Of a stretch of DNA of 64,000 bases, positions 38,743-47,738 are shown in pieces. Location of the stretch: sequence record OQ031495. One strand, written 5' to 3'. The notes below the pieces were generated by a model. The model was given only the letters and a program-made list of their open reading frames with translations. It searched no databases and was not told the DNA's origin. The position numbers and the translations under genes were made by a program. Origin of the DNA: Escherichia phage MRostami-2023e. Within the stretch, counting starts at the first letter, position 1. Each line of letters opens with the position of its first letter.

Positions 38743-39903
38743 ATGAATACTTTTAAAATCGGAACGAATTTTGATTTAGCTCTTCTTGATAAAATCGTAG
38801 AGCTCAATAAAACTTATCCTAATAGCTTGATAAACGAAGTATACGGCTCTACAAGAGAAATGGCTTTTGTAGCAGCCAGACCTGATTTTAGGCTTCCTGA
38901 CGTTGACAAAAAGATGTTAGAAGATTACGTTAAACGTTGTAACGAATTAGGTATTTGCTTTAACTATACACTCAACACGATAAATCCGGGTTCAAAAAGA
39001 GAACTAGTTGAGTGGAAGAAGAAAGCTATTCAGGACTATGTTCAGTATCTTTGGTCAATAGGCGTATGGCGTATTACTATCGCTAACCCTGTTGTTATGG
39101 AAATTGTTCGTGAAGTCAATAAAGACATTGAGATTGAAGTTTCAACAATTCTACATGTCGATGCTGTAACTCAAATCAAATACTTGCATGACCAGTATAA
39201 TATCAAAAAGGTCTGCTGTGGAATTCATAAGAACCGTTCAGTTTCTTTCCTGAAGCGTGCAGCAGAGTTTTGCAATAAGAACAATATAATATTTGAAGTT
39301 CTTGTAAATGAGTTCTGTTCTAATGCTGGTAAAGGGTATACAACACATTGTAGCTATCGTGACTCTTGCTATATTTTCCATAGTACTGATGTTACAGCTG
39401 ATGATGCTAAATCCTTAAATGGATATCCTATGCAGCACTGTATTAAAGCTCGTGATACAGACCCATTTAACTGGTTGAGAACTCGTTTTGTTCGTCCACA
39501 AGATTTGAAACTTTATAATGATATTGGTATCACTCAATTTAAAGTTTCGGGACGTACAGGTAGCACAGACTACATTTTGAAAGTTCTTGAAGCATACGCT
39601 TCTGAAAAGTTTGAAGGTAATTTGTTAGAATTGTGGAAGCCTTTAGAGACCATTTTCACTCTTGAAAATGAGACCGAGTTTTCACATACGGTAAATATTG
39701 AAACCTCTTTGTTAGATGGCTTTTTAGAAAAAAGGTGGTTCAGACATCCAGATTTCGATTGTGCTAATGAAATCTGCGGGACGACGTGTACATATTGTGA
39801 AAGATATTATAAACGTCAGTTATCTAAAAACGGGTTAGCAGAAAACTCTATATCTATTATTGATATAACTAACTCTGATGACGCTTTGAGGTACCCGGAA
39901 TGA
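38743..39903 (+). CDS. Cys-rich hypothetical protein (possible U32-like Fe-S fold)
   Basis: 386 aa; EVLVNEFCSNAGKGYTTHCSYRDSC and C-terminal CANEICGTTCTYC clusters. Confidence 0.5.
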   Translation: MNTFKIGTNFDLALLDKIVELNKTYPNSLINEVYGSTREMAFVAARPDFRLPDVDKKMLEDYVKRCNELGICFNYTLNTINPGSKRELVEWKKKAIQDYVQYLWSIGVWRITIANPVVMEIVREVNKDIEIEVSTILHVDAVTQIKYLHDQYNIKKVCCGIHKNRSVSFLKRAAEFCNKNNIIFEVLVNEFCSNAGKGYTTHCSYRDSCYIFHSTDVTADDAKSLNGYPMQHCIKARDTDPFNWLRTRFVRPQDLKLYNDIGITQFKVSGRTGSTDYILKVLEAYASEKFEGNLLELWKPLETIFTLENETEFSHTVNIETSLLDGFLEKRWFRHPDFDCANEICGTTCTYCERYYKRQLSKNGLAENSISIIDITNSDDALRYPE

Positions 39904-40139
39904 TTTCTAGAAAAACTTTTAATTATAATCTTAACGAAGAGATTTTGACTATTAAACTGAACACTAACGAACAAATTCTTAAAAAGGCCCTTATGGGCCT
40001 GTTTGAAACCAAAGCGGCTAAAGTGATTAAAGAACCTGTTCAATTGGAATACTACACTGATGCATTCCTTCATAGTGTTCTTGGAAGTATAGATTCTGAA
40101 GCTTTACGTTATATCAACATTGCCAAGAAATTCAAATAA
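39900..40139 (+). CDS. Hypothetical protein
   Basis: 79-aa ORF. Confidence 0.45.
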   Translation: MISRKTFNYNLNEEILTIKLNTNEQILKKALMGLFETKAAKVIKEPVQLEYYTDAFLHSVLGSIDSEALRYINIAKKFK

Positions 40140-40180
40140 GCTTTATGAATTGAGTATATAATAACTGTATTGAGGTAAAC

Positions 40181-40897
40181 ATGGGAAAACATAACACAAT
40201 GAAATATATCAAAGCCGCAGATTTTCAAACCGCATTTAAAGCAGTCAATCGTGAAATTTTAGAAAACCCGGAATTCGTAACTGATTCTCGTATTGGACGT
40301 TGTAATGAAATTGGGTCTATGACAGTAGTTGTTGACACTCCATCATCATTCAAAATGACCGACCCACGTATTAACCGCATCTCTTATGAATATGCCGAAG
40401 ACTTCTGGAAGTTTATGATTTCTGGTGGTACTGATGCAGAAGAAGCGTTTAAGGCATATCCTAATGTCGCTAAATTTATTTCTAAACCTAAATCAGACGC
40501 TTTGCCTGCAAACTTCAACACTTTCTACGGTCCTCGCATTGCGGCCCAATTACCGGCTCTTCTAAAAGAACTTAAAGAGAAGCCTAACTCTCGAAGAGTT
40601 GTGTTCCAAATTCTAGAAAGTTCTGATCAGGCTTTGCTTGATTCGGACGAAACGCTTGAATATCCATGTACTGACTCAGTGACTTATTATATTCGCGATG
40701 GTAAGCTTTATACCCACTGTCATATGCGTTCTCAGAACTGTGCTGTTGTTATGCAGTTGGATTTTTATCTCCAAGGAAAATTACTTCATTATATCGCTAA
40801 CGAATGTGGTGTAGAAGTTGGTGATTATACTCATACCATGGTAAGTGCCCATGTGTTTGAACGTGATTTTGATTATGTTAAAGGGTTTCTTGACTAA
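40181..40897 (+). CDS. 42: dCMP hydroxymethylase (thymidylate-synthase fold)
   Basis: TS-like core with nucleophile Cys in YPCTDSVTYY and RSQNCAVVMQLDF carrying Asp at the pyrimidine-specificity position; T4 gene 42 position. Confidence 0.7.
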   Translation: MGKHNTMKYIKAADFQTAFKAVNREILENPEFVTDSRIGRCNEIGSMTVVVDTPSSFKMTDPRINRISYEYAEDFWKFMISGGTDAEEAFKAYPNVAKFISKPKSDALPANFNTFYGPRIAAQLPALLKELKEKPNSRRVVFQILESSDQALLDSDETLEYPCTDSVTYYIRDGKLYTHCHMRSQNCAVVMQLDFYLQGKLLHYIANECGVEVGDYTHTMVSAHVFERDFDYVKGFLD

Positions 40898-41796
40898 TGG
40901 CTATTTTCCGCGTACCTATTTTGAGTATGCGGTCTTATGAAACTGGACAGTATGCTATCCTTAAGGATGGCAACTTCCAACTTCATTTGCACCGTGCTAA
41001 TCCAGGCGATGTGATTACATATCCACGTAATGCATCTGATATTAAAGAATGTGAACGTCTTTTCCCAGAATTTAAGTTTGTTCCATTATGGTATAAAGAT
41101 AACGCGTATAACACTCGTAAATATTTCTGGTCTGAAAATGAATTTGTGGTTGATTCATTAATTGCTTATTATGATTGTGATTTTCTAATCACAGATATCA
41201 CTGGATATGATGGCGCTTTTGACGTAGAATTCAATTTCAATATCACTGCAGACCCTAATAAACCACGTTTTTATATTGACGAATTCTTAAAAACCGACAT
41301 GTTGTCGGTTAATCGTTCACTTCAAACTACTGTGTTGAATGAACGTCAAAAAGAAGTGCTGGTTAACGCAGGTGCAGATGGTAATAAGATTATCGTAACG
41401 CAGAAAGTTATACGTCCTTCCGTCATGCAGCGTCTTGTAGGTGATTTGGCTCCTATTCATCTAGATGGTATTTTTCATCCATTTCGAATTAGTGACCCAT
41501 GCTATCGTTTTGAACAAGTTGTTGAATGCGCAATTCAATTAGGTCAACCGCTTTATATAACTGATCCAAATAATAGTTTCGACAGAAATAAGTATCCTGA
41601 AGAAGCGCTGATTCGAATTTTTAATCCAACTAAAACTGAGTACTATCAAATTCTTAAAGGACGTCCGAAGATTCAATATTTCGAAAATCCTGAAGAAGTA
41701 TTCCATCCAGGTCTTGGTGAGTTCATCTACTTTAACGCTTTAATTTCTTCGCCGTATAATATACCTAAATACGAAGATGTCGTAATCGAGGAATAA
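40897..41796 (+). CDS. Hypothetical protein at the T4 beta-glucosyltransferase position
   Basis: 299-aa ORF, no resemblance to T4 Bgt by eye. Confidence 0.5.
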   Translation: MAIFRVPILSMRSYETGQYAILKDGNFQLHLHRANPGDVITYPRNASDIKECERLFPEFKFVPLWYKDNAYNTRKYFWSENEFVVDSLIAYYDCDFLITDITGYDGAFDVEFNFNITADPNKPRFYIDEFLKTDMLSVNRSLQTTVLNERQKEVLVNAGADGNKIIVTQKVIRPSVMQRLVGDLAPIHLDGIFHPFRISDPCYRFEQVVECAIQLGQPLYITDPNNSFDRNKYPEEALIRIFNPTKTEYYQILKGRPKIQYFENPEEVFHPGLGEFIYFNALISSPYNIPKYEDVVIEE

Positions 41797-41797
41797 A

Positions 41798-42346
41798 ATG
41801 GCTAAAATTATTTTAGTAGATGGCCCAGATAATGCTGGTAAAACAACTTTCATTAATGACATAATGGAAATTAGTGAAAGATATGTAAAGATTGATTTCC
41901 CTAAACGAACAGTTGATGGACGTTTCGATGTTAAGTCTCGAAATGAAGTTGGCTGTTTCGAAACGATGTTGAATTATTTAGACCCTACTAAGATTTATCT
42001 GTTAGACCGTGGATATATTAGTAACTGGGTTTATGGACGTATTCGACAAGATGCGGATTCGGTTCTTGACGTTTATGAACAGGATTATATTCGTCTTTGC
42101 CAAAACCATGATGTGTTCACAATTATTTTAACACGTAACGAAATGACTGAAAGTTTTGAAGACGACCTTATTACTTTGTCTTCATTCGGTTTTAATACAG
42201 TCATTTCACATTTTGAAGAGTTTGCAATTCATAACAAAATCCAAACGTATCAATTACTTAATCATGATGGTGCTAACAAAGTTATAGGATTTAATGCAAG
42301 CGAACGTAATGATTTGATTACAGAAATCATCAAATGGGCTCGTTAA
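41798..42346 (+). CDS. P-loop kinase-like protein
   Basis: ILVDGPDNAGKTT Walker A near N-terminus, 182 aa. Confidence 0.5.
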   Translation: MAKIILVDGPDNAGKTTFINDIMEISERYVKIDFPKRTVDGRFDVKSRNEVGCFETMLNYLDPTKIYLLDRGYISNWVYGRIRQDADSVLDVYEQDYIRLCQNHDVFTIILTRNEMTESFEDDLITLSSFGFNTVISHFEEFAIHNKIQTYQLLNHDGANKVIGFNASERNDLITEIIKWAR

Positions 42347-42444
42347 GAGCCATTTAAAGTTTTAAATGCTGTATAACCATTAGTATATAATCGTCTTATC
42401 TTTTAAACATGAGTAAAATATAATGATGCCTATGGAAAAATACA

Positions 42445-43617
42445 ATGTCTGATTTAAAATCTCGTCTGATTAAAGCTTCTACTTCTAAAATGACTGCAGA
42501 CTTGACTAAGTCTAAGCTGTTTAATAATCGTGATGAAGTCCCTACTCGTATTCCGATGTTGAATATCGCACTAGGTGGTGCTCTGAATGCAGGATTGCAA
42601 TCAGGCTTGACTATTTTTGCTGCTCCTTCTAAACACTTTAAAACGTTGTTTGGGCTGACTATGGTCGCAGCGTATATGAAGAAATATAAAGATGCAATCT
42701 GTTTGTTTTATGACTCAGAATTCGGTGCTTCAGAATCTTATTTTCGTTCAATGGGTGTTGATTTAGACCGTGTAGTTCATACTCCGATTCAATCTGTCGA
42801 ACAACTTAAAGTTGATATGACTAATCAGCTTGACGCGATTGAACGCGGTGATAAAGTTATTATCTTTATCGATTCAATTGGTAATACTGCATCTAAGAAA
42901 GAAACCGAAGATGCGTTGAACGAGAAAGTTGTAGGTGATATGTCTCGTGCTAAGGCACTTAAATCTCTTTTCCGTATTGTGACTCCTTATCTGACTATTA
43001 AAGATATTCCGTGTGTTGCAATCAACCATACAGCAATGGAAATCGGCGGACTATATCCTAAAGAGATTATGGGTGGCGGTACAGGTATTCTTTACTCTGC
43101 TAACACTGTATTCTTTATCTCTAAACGTCAGGTTAAAGAAGGTACAGAATTGACCGGTTATGACTTCACGTTGAAAGCAGAAAAATCTCGTACAGTTAAA
43201 GAGAAATCTACTTTCCCGATCACGGTTAATTTTGATGGCGGTATTGATCCATTCAGTGGCTTGTTAGAAATGGCAACTGAAATTGGTTTTGTAGTTAAGC
43301 CTAAAGCTGGTTGGTATGCTCGTGAATTCCTTGACGAAGAAACAGGTGAAATGATTCGTGAAGAGAAATCGTGGCGTGCTAAAGCTACTGATTGTGTAGA
43401 ATTCTGGGGTCCGTTGTTTAAACACAAACCTTTCCGAGATGCAATTGAAACTAAATATAAACTAGGTGCTATCTCTTCTATTAAAGAAGTTGATGACGCT
43501 GTTAATGACCTTATTAATTGCAAAGCAACAACTAAAGTTCCTGTTAAAACTTCTGATGCTCCGTCTGCAGCAGATATAGAAAACGACCTTGACGAAATGG
43601 AAGATTTCGATGAATAA
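42445..43617 (+). CDS. uvsX: Recombinase UvsX (RecA-like)
   Basis: MSDLKSRLIKAS...IPMLNIALGG...FAAPSKHFKT...; 390 aa, matches T4 UvsX. Confidence 0.95.
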   Translation: MSDLKSRLIKASTSKMTADLTKSKLFNNRDEVPTRIPMLNIALGGALNAGLQSGLTIFAAPSKHFKTLFGLTMVAAYMKKYKDAICLFYDSEFGASESYFRSMGVDLDRVVHTPIQSVEQLKVDMTNQLDAIERGDKVIIFIDSIGNTASKKETEDALNEKVVGDMSRAKALKSLFRIVTPYLTIKDIPCVAINHTAMEIGGLYPKEIMGGGTGILYSANTVFFISKRQVKEGTELTGYDFTLKAEKSRTVKEKSTFPITVNFDGGIDPFSGLLEMATEIGFVVKPKAGWYAREFLDEETGEMIREEKSWRAKATDCVEFWGPLFKHKPFRDAIETKYKLGAISSIKEVDDAVNDLINCKATTKVPVKTSDAPSAADIENDLDEMEDFDE

Positions 43618-43951
43618 TCTCGATGATTTAAATCTAGAAATCGTTGATGAATCCCCTTCTTCGGAAGGGGAAGACTTTCGCAAAGAACGAGTGTTTAATG
43701 AATCTCTTAAAATTGTCCGTTCAGCAATGGAAAATGTCATTCAAGAGATTCTGATTACGCTTGAAGATGGTTCTCATCATATAGTCTATATTACAAAACT
43801 AGACTGGGTTGATGGTAAAATCGTAATGGACTTTGCAGTTCTTGACCAGGACAGAAAAGCAGAACTTGCACCACATGTTGAAAAATGTGTTACAATGCAA
43901 GTACAACAAGCTTTTAATGAACGAACCAAGAAAAAATTTAAATTCTTTTAA
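43610..43951 (+). CDS. 40: Head-assembly protein gp40 (by position)
   Basis: 113-aa ORF between uvsX and 41. Confidence 0.5.
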   Translation: MNNLDDLNLEIVDESPSSEGEDFRKERVFNESLKIVRSAMENVIQEILITLEDGSHHIVYITKLDWVDGKIVMDFAVLDQDRKAELAPHVEKCVTMQVQQAFNERTKKKFKFF

Positions 43952-43960
43952 GGAGTTATC

Positions 43961-45403
43961 GTGGTAGAAATTATTTTGTCTCATCTAGTATACGACCAGG
44001 CTTATTTTTCTAAGGTCTGGCCTTATATGGATTCTGAGTATTTTGAGCGTGGACCGGCAAAAAATGTCTTTAAAATTATAAAGAGCCACGTTAACGAATA
44101 TAATGCAATGCCATCTATCAATGCGTTAAAGGTGGCTTTAGATAACAGTTCTTTAACTGAAGCCGAATATAAAGGAACTTCAGACCTAATTGAAAAATTG
44201 GCTGATACTCCTGAAGACCATGAATGGCTGGTTAAAGAAACTGAGAAATATGTCCAGCAAAAAGCGATGTATAATGCTACATCCAAAATCATTGAGATTC
44301 AGTCTAATGCTGAACTACCTCCAGAACAACGTAACAAGAAAATGCCTGATGTAGGAGCTATTCCTGATATTATGCGTCAAGCACTTTCAATTTCGTTTGA
44401 TAGTTATGTTGGACATGACTGGATGGAAGACTACGAAGCACGCTGGCTTTCTTATCTAAATAAAGCACGTAAGGTCCCGTTCAAATTAAACATTCTGAAT
44501 AAAATCACTAAAGGTGGTGCTGAAACCGGTACACTGAATGTTTTAATGGCCGGTGTTAACGTTGGTAAATCTTTAGGCCTTTGTTCACTTGCTGCAGATT
44601 ATCTTCAAACAGGTCATAATGTTCTTTATATTTCCATGGAAATGGCTGAAGAAGTTTGTGCTAAGCGTATAGATGCAAACATGCTTGACGTATCGCTCGA
44701 TGATATCGATGATGGTAACGTATCTTATGCTGAATATAAAGCCAAGATGGAAAAATGGCGTTCAAAATCCACATTAGGACGTTTAGTAGTTAAACAGTAT
44801 CCTACTGGTGGAGCTAATGCTAATACATTCCGTGCATTGCTTAATGAGTTAAAACTTAAGAAGAACTTTGTGCCGTCTGTAATCATGGTTGATTACTTAG
44901 GTATTTGTGGGTCTTGTCGTATCAGAGTTTACACTGAAAATAGCTACACATTAGTTAAAGCTATCGCAGAAGAACTTCGTGCATTAGCAGTAGAATCTGA
45001 AACAGTTCTATGGACTGCAGCTCAAGTAGGACGTGCAGCATGGGATGCTTCAGACATGAACATGAGTGATATCGCAGAATCAGCAGGTTTACCAGCAACG
45101 GCAGATTTCATGTTGGCCGTAATTGAAACCGAAGAACTTGCACAAGCTGAACAACAACTTATCAAACAAATAAAATCACGATATGGTGATAAGAATAAGT
45201 GGAATAAATTCCTGATGGGTGTACGTAAAGGCAACCAGAAATGGATTGAGATTGAGCAAGAAGGCATGAACACACCTAACACAGTAAATGAAAACGCAGG
45301 TGCTCAGATGCGTCAGGCAGAGGTGAATCGTACGGAACGCGTAGGTAAAGCCAAAGCAACACGTGCTGACCTAGATAGCTTAGCCAATGAGTTAAAATTT
45401 TAA
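43961..45403 (+). CDS. 41: Replicative DNA helicase gp41 (DnaB-like)
   Basis: GTG start; MVEIILSHLVYDQAYFSKVWPYMDSEYF...GVNVGKSLGLCSLAADY...YISMEMAEE matches T4 gp41. Confidence 0.93.
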   Translation: MVEIILSHLVYDQAYFSKVWPYMDSEYFERGPAKNVFKIIKSHVNEYNAMPSINALKVALDNSSLTEAEYKGTSDLIEKLADTPEDHEWLVKETEKYVQQKAMYNATSKIIEIQSNAELPPEQRNKKMPDVGAIPDIMRQALSISFDSYVGHDWMEDYEARWLSYLNKARKVPFKLNILNKITKGGAETGTLNVLMAGVNVGKSLGLCSLAADYLQTGHNVLYISMEMAEEVCAKRIDANMLDVSLDDIDDGNVSYAEYKAKMEKWRSKSTLGRLVVKQYPTGGANANTFRALLNELKLKKNFVPSVIMVDYLGICGSCRIRVYTENSYTLVKAIAEELRALAVESETVLWTAAQVGRAAWDASDMNMSDIAESAGLPATADFMLAVIETEELAQAEQQLIKQIKSRYGDKNKWNKFLMGVRKGNQKWIEIEQEGMNTPNTVNENAGAQMRQAEVNRTERVGKAKATRADLDSLANELKF

Positions 45404-45409
45404 TAAAAA

Positions 45410-45428
45410 GGAGACTTCGGTCTCCTTT
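45410..45428 (+). terminator. UUCG hairpin (terminator-like)
   Basis: GGAGAC ttcg GTCTCC followed by TTT. Confidence 0.4.
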
Positions 45429-45433
45429 CGGGG

Positions 45434-45462
45434 TTTACATCTTCCTCTAGGCATGATATGAT
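45434..45462 (+). promoter_or_regulatory. Early promoter
   Basis: GTTTAC 45434-45439, 17-bp spacer, TATGAT 45457-45462. Confidence 0.5.
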
Positions 45463-45491
45463 GTACTTACACAAACCAAGAGGAAAACATT

Positions 45492-45866
45492 ATGAATATG
45501 TCTCAAGCAATTTTTACTGCAATCACCGAAAACACAACTGTTGAAGTAGTTTCTCCGCTGGCAACCTACGTTATTCTTGCTCCTAAAACTATTGTATCTC
45601 GTATGGAAAACATGGGCAAACGTATCGTACAAATAGTTGGAGCTGGAAATCAAAAACTTGATTATCTGCGAACCATCAAAGCTTATGAACATTTCCAACT
45701 CGAAAAAGGTTCTCCTATCCAGGTAGAACTCGTAAATGGTGATATCGTTCGAGCAATGTTCCATCATTTCTATGCATTGAATGACCCATCTAAAGCGGTT
45801 CGTTTAATTGCATATGACGCGAACCAAAACGAAATCAACGCAGATATATCTAAATTACGTTTTTAA
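45492..45866 (+). CDS. Hypothetical protein
   Basis: 124-aa ORF with SD AGAGGAAA. Confidence 0.5.
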   Translation: MNMSQAIFTAITENTTVEVVSPLATYVILAPKTIVSRMENMGKRIVQIVGAGNQKLDYLRTIKAYEHFQLEKGSPIQVELVNGDIVRAMFHHFYALNDPSKAVRLIAYDANQNEINADISKLRF

Positions 45867-45867
45867 G

Positions 45868-45915
45868 TTTACTTCTCCAGTAGTTGTGTTATTATAGACC
45901 TATCAACTACTGGAG
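45868..45915 (+). promoter_or_regulatory. Early promoter / stem-loop cassette
   Basis: GTTTAC 45868-45873; TCCAGTAGTTG / CAACTACTGGA inverted repeat flanking TATTATAGACC. Confidence 0.55.
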
Positions 45916-45921
45916 AACAAA

Positions 45922-46239
45922 ATGAAAACCATCGATTGTAAAGCAGAATTTAAGATTTTTTATCACGGTTCAAGTAGTTCAGCTAACATCGAAAACATGC
46001 TTTGTCCTCCTGAGGAAACAGGAGTTCTGTCTGAAACTGGACGTAAGAAAAACTTGGATCGTGTATTCTTTACTGAAGATATCGGTTTAGCAAAGATTTA
46101 TGCAGGACGAGCTGCACGCTCTTATGGAGGTGAACCACGTCTCTATCGAGTAATTTCTCCGGTAGATGTAGTTCAAATGAATGATACTAAAGGTGCTACA
46201 GTTTATCACGCTGAATGGGCATTTTGCGAGGAAATATGA
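45922..46239 (+). CDS. Hypothetical protein
   Basis: 105-aa ORF (FYHGSSSSANIENM...); no confident family call. Confidence 0.5.
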   Translation: MKTIDCKAEFKIFYHGSSSSANIENMLCPPEETGVLSETGRKKNLDRVFFTEDIGLAKIYAGRAARSYGGEPRLYRVISPVDVVQMNDTKGATVYHAEWAFCEEI

Positions 46240-46427
46240 GCAAATTAACTAAAGTTACTTTTATCGGTTGGTTTAAAAGCGGTGAGATGTTCACTAAAGA
46301 TATCATGTTATCAGGTGATCGCGAAGAAATCGAGTGGGTTACGGTACAACTTGCTGAAGTGAACAAAGCATTAGTTAAAGCATTTGTTAATGACGAGAAA
46401 GTTTTCGAAGCTGATTTCAGAGGATAA
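46236..46427 (+). CDS. Hypothetical protein
   Basis: 63-aa ORF overlapping upstream stop. Confidence 0.4.
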   Translation: MSKLTKVTFIGWFKSGEMFTKDIMLSGDREEIEWVTVQLAEVNKALVKAFVNDEKVFEADFRG

Positions 46428-46428
46428 T

Positions 46429-46641
46429 ATGTATTCAACTGTGTTTAAACCATCAACATACGAATTTGCATCAACTACACAATGGAAAGCTCTTATTCTA
46501 GAAGGATGGGAACTAATGATGGACTGTGAAGCATCTGAAAAGTTTCCACACGGCAAAGTGGACTTCGTTAAATTTGCTGTACGTCCGACTAAACGACAAA
46601 TTCGTCAAGAAAAACGCAAATTTCGCAAAAGTTTAAAATAG
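46429..46641 (+). CDS. Small basic hypothetical protein
   Basis: RPTKRQIRQEKRKFRK tail, paralogous to 17856-18026. Confidence 0.45.
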   Translation: MYSTVFKPSTYEFASTTQWKALILEGWELMMDCEASEKFPHGKVDFVKFAVRPTKRQIRQEKRKFRKSLK

Positions 46642-46643
46642 CT

Positions 46644-46673
46644 GTTTACAAGCCCCACATACTGTGTTACTAT
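46644..46673 (+). promoter_or_regulatory. Early promoter
   Basis: GTTTAC 46644-46649, 18-bp spacer, TACTAT 46668-46673. Confidence 0.5.
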
Positions 46674-46701
46674 CTTTCTATCAACTACAGAGGAAATTGA
46701 A

Positions 46702-47070
46702 ATGAAAAAATTAATCGCTTTAGCAATGGTATTCGGATTAACCGGATGTGGTGCCCATGGCTTTATCCCTAATAACGTTGGCCAACTGATTTACAATCCA
46801 AATGTTAAACAGTATGACCAACCTAAAGTTGAAGTGGAAGACCCAGTTACTGTAGGTAATCGAATGATTCAAGCTGATGCTCATGCTCAACGTTATCGTG
46901 ACTCTGATACTGTAGCATTGTCAAAAGAACAACGCGTTAAAGAACATTGTCTACAGGCTACTGAAATCGCATTCATTCGCTATGTTGAAACAACCGGTAA
47001 AGAGCCTACCCAGAAACAAATCGCGAATAACTACATCCAGTGTATTGAACGTTTAAACAAATTTAACTAA
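46702..47070 (+). CDS. Putative lipoprotein
   Basis: Signal peptide with lipobox-like LTGC. Confidence 0.5.
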   Translation: MKKLIALAMVFGLTGCGAHGFIPNNVGQLIYNPNVKQYDQPKVEVEDPVTVGNRMIQADAHAQRYRDSDTVALSKEQRVKEHCLQATEIAFIRYVETTGKEPTQKQIANNYIQCIERLNKFN

Positions 47071-47131
47071 TTGGTTTACGCCAAAGCCAAAACAAGATAT
47101 TATAAACATAACAAATCAAGAGGAAATTAAC

Positions 47132-47380
47132 ATGGAATTATTCGTAGCTAGTTCAATAGCAGTTTTAATCGCAGGTATTGGTTCAATCATCATTTACATG
47201 TTGCCTTGGGTAATCGCACTTATTCGTGGCACAAAAAGCACAACAGCAATCTTCTTTGTATCTTTACTCTTTAACTGGACGATGGTTGGTTGGATTGGAA
47301 CTTTAATTTGGTCTATCGTTGCCGAAAAGAAATCTGCTCAGCAGCCTCAACAAGTAATTATTATTCGCGAAAAAGAATAA
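47132..47380 (+). CDS. Small membrane protein
   Basis: Two hydrophobic helices, 82 aa. Confidence 0.5.
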   Translation: MELFVASSIAVLIAGIGSIIIYMLPWVIALIRGTKSTTAIFFVSLLFNWTMVGWIGTLIWSIVAEKKSAQQPQQVIIIREKE

Positions 47381-47383
47381 ACT

Positions 47384-47413
47384 TGTTTACATTATAGATG
47401 GACTATAGTATAG
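47384..47413 (+). promoter_or_regulatory. Early promoter / stem-loop cassette
   Basis: GTTTAC 47384-47389; GGACTAT / ATAGTCC inverted repeat around TATAGT. Confidence 0.5.
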
Positions 47414-47443
47414 TAGTCCTATCAAATCAACTAAGGAGTTAAA

Positions 47444-47737
47444 ATGAAAAAGTTATCATTGGCAGCAATCTTACTTGCAGTATCATGTGCACCAGCTCCA
47501 GTTACGGCAGGTTATGATAAAGACCTCTGTGAGTGGTCAATGACTGCAAATCAAGAAGATGTTGAACAACAAATCTTCTCTGATATCATGAACATCACTA
47601 AACGAGACCGTCCTAATATGGTTAATAAAGTTGTTGAACAACTTAAGTCTGGCGGTATCATGCAGTACAATTATGTTTTGTATTGTGACCCTAATTTCGA
47701 TAACAAAGATATCGTAACCGAAATCACAGGTGAATAA
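47444..47737 (+). CDS. sp: Secreted protein, possibly Spackle-like
   Basis: 97-aa ORF with signal peptide MKKLSLAAILLAVSCAPAPVTA, between 41 and 61 where T4 sp lies; assigned by size and position only. Confidence 0.4.
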   Translation: MKKLSLAAILLAVSCAPAPVTAGYDKDLCEWSMTANQEDVEQQIFSDIMNITKRDRPNMVNKVVEQLKSGGIMQYNYVLYCDPNFDNKDIVTEITGE

Positions 47738-47738
47738 T

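Noticed and set aside
45922-46239. ADP-ribosyltransferase or RNA 2'-phosphotransferase call for the 105-aa ORF containing FYHGSSS
   Set aside because: Only a short H-G-S-like motif; no supporting second or third catalytic motif at the right spacing.
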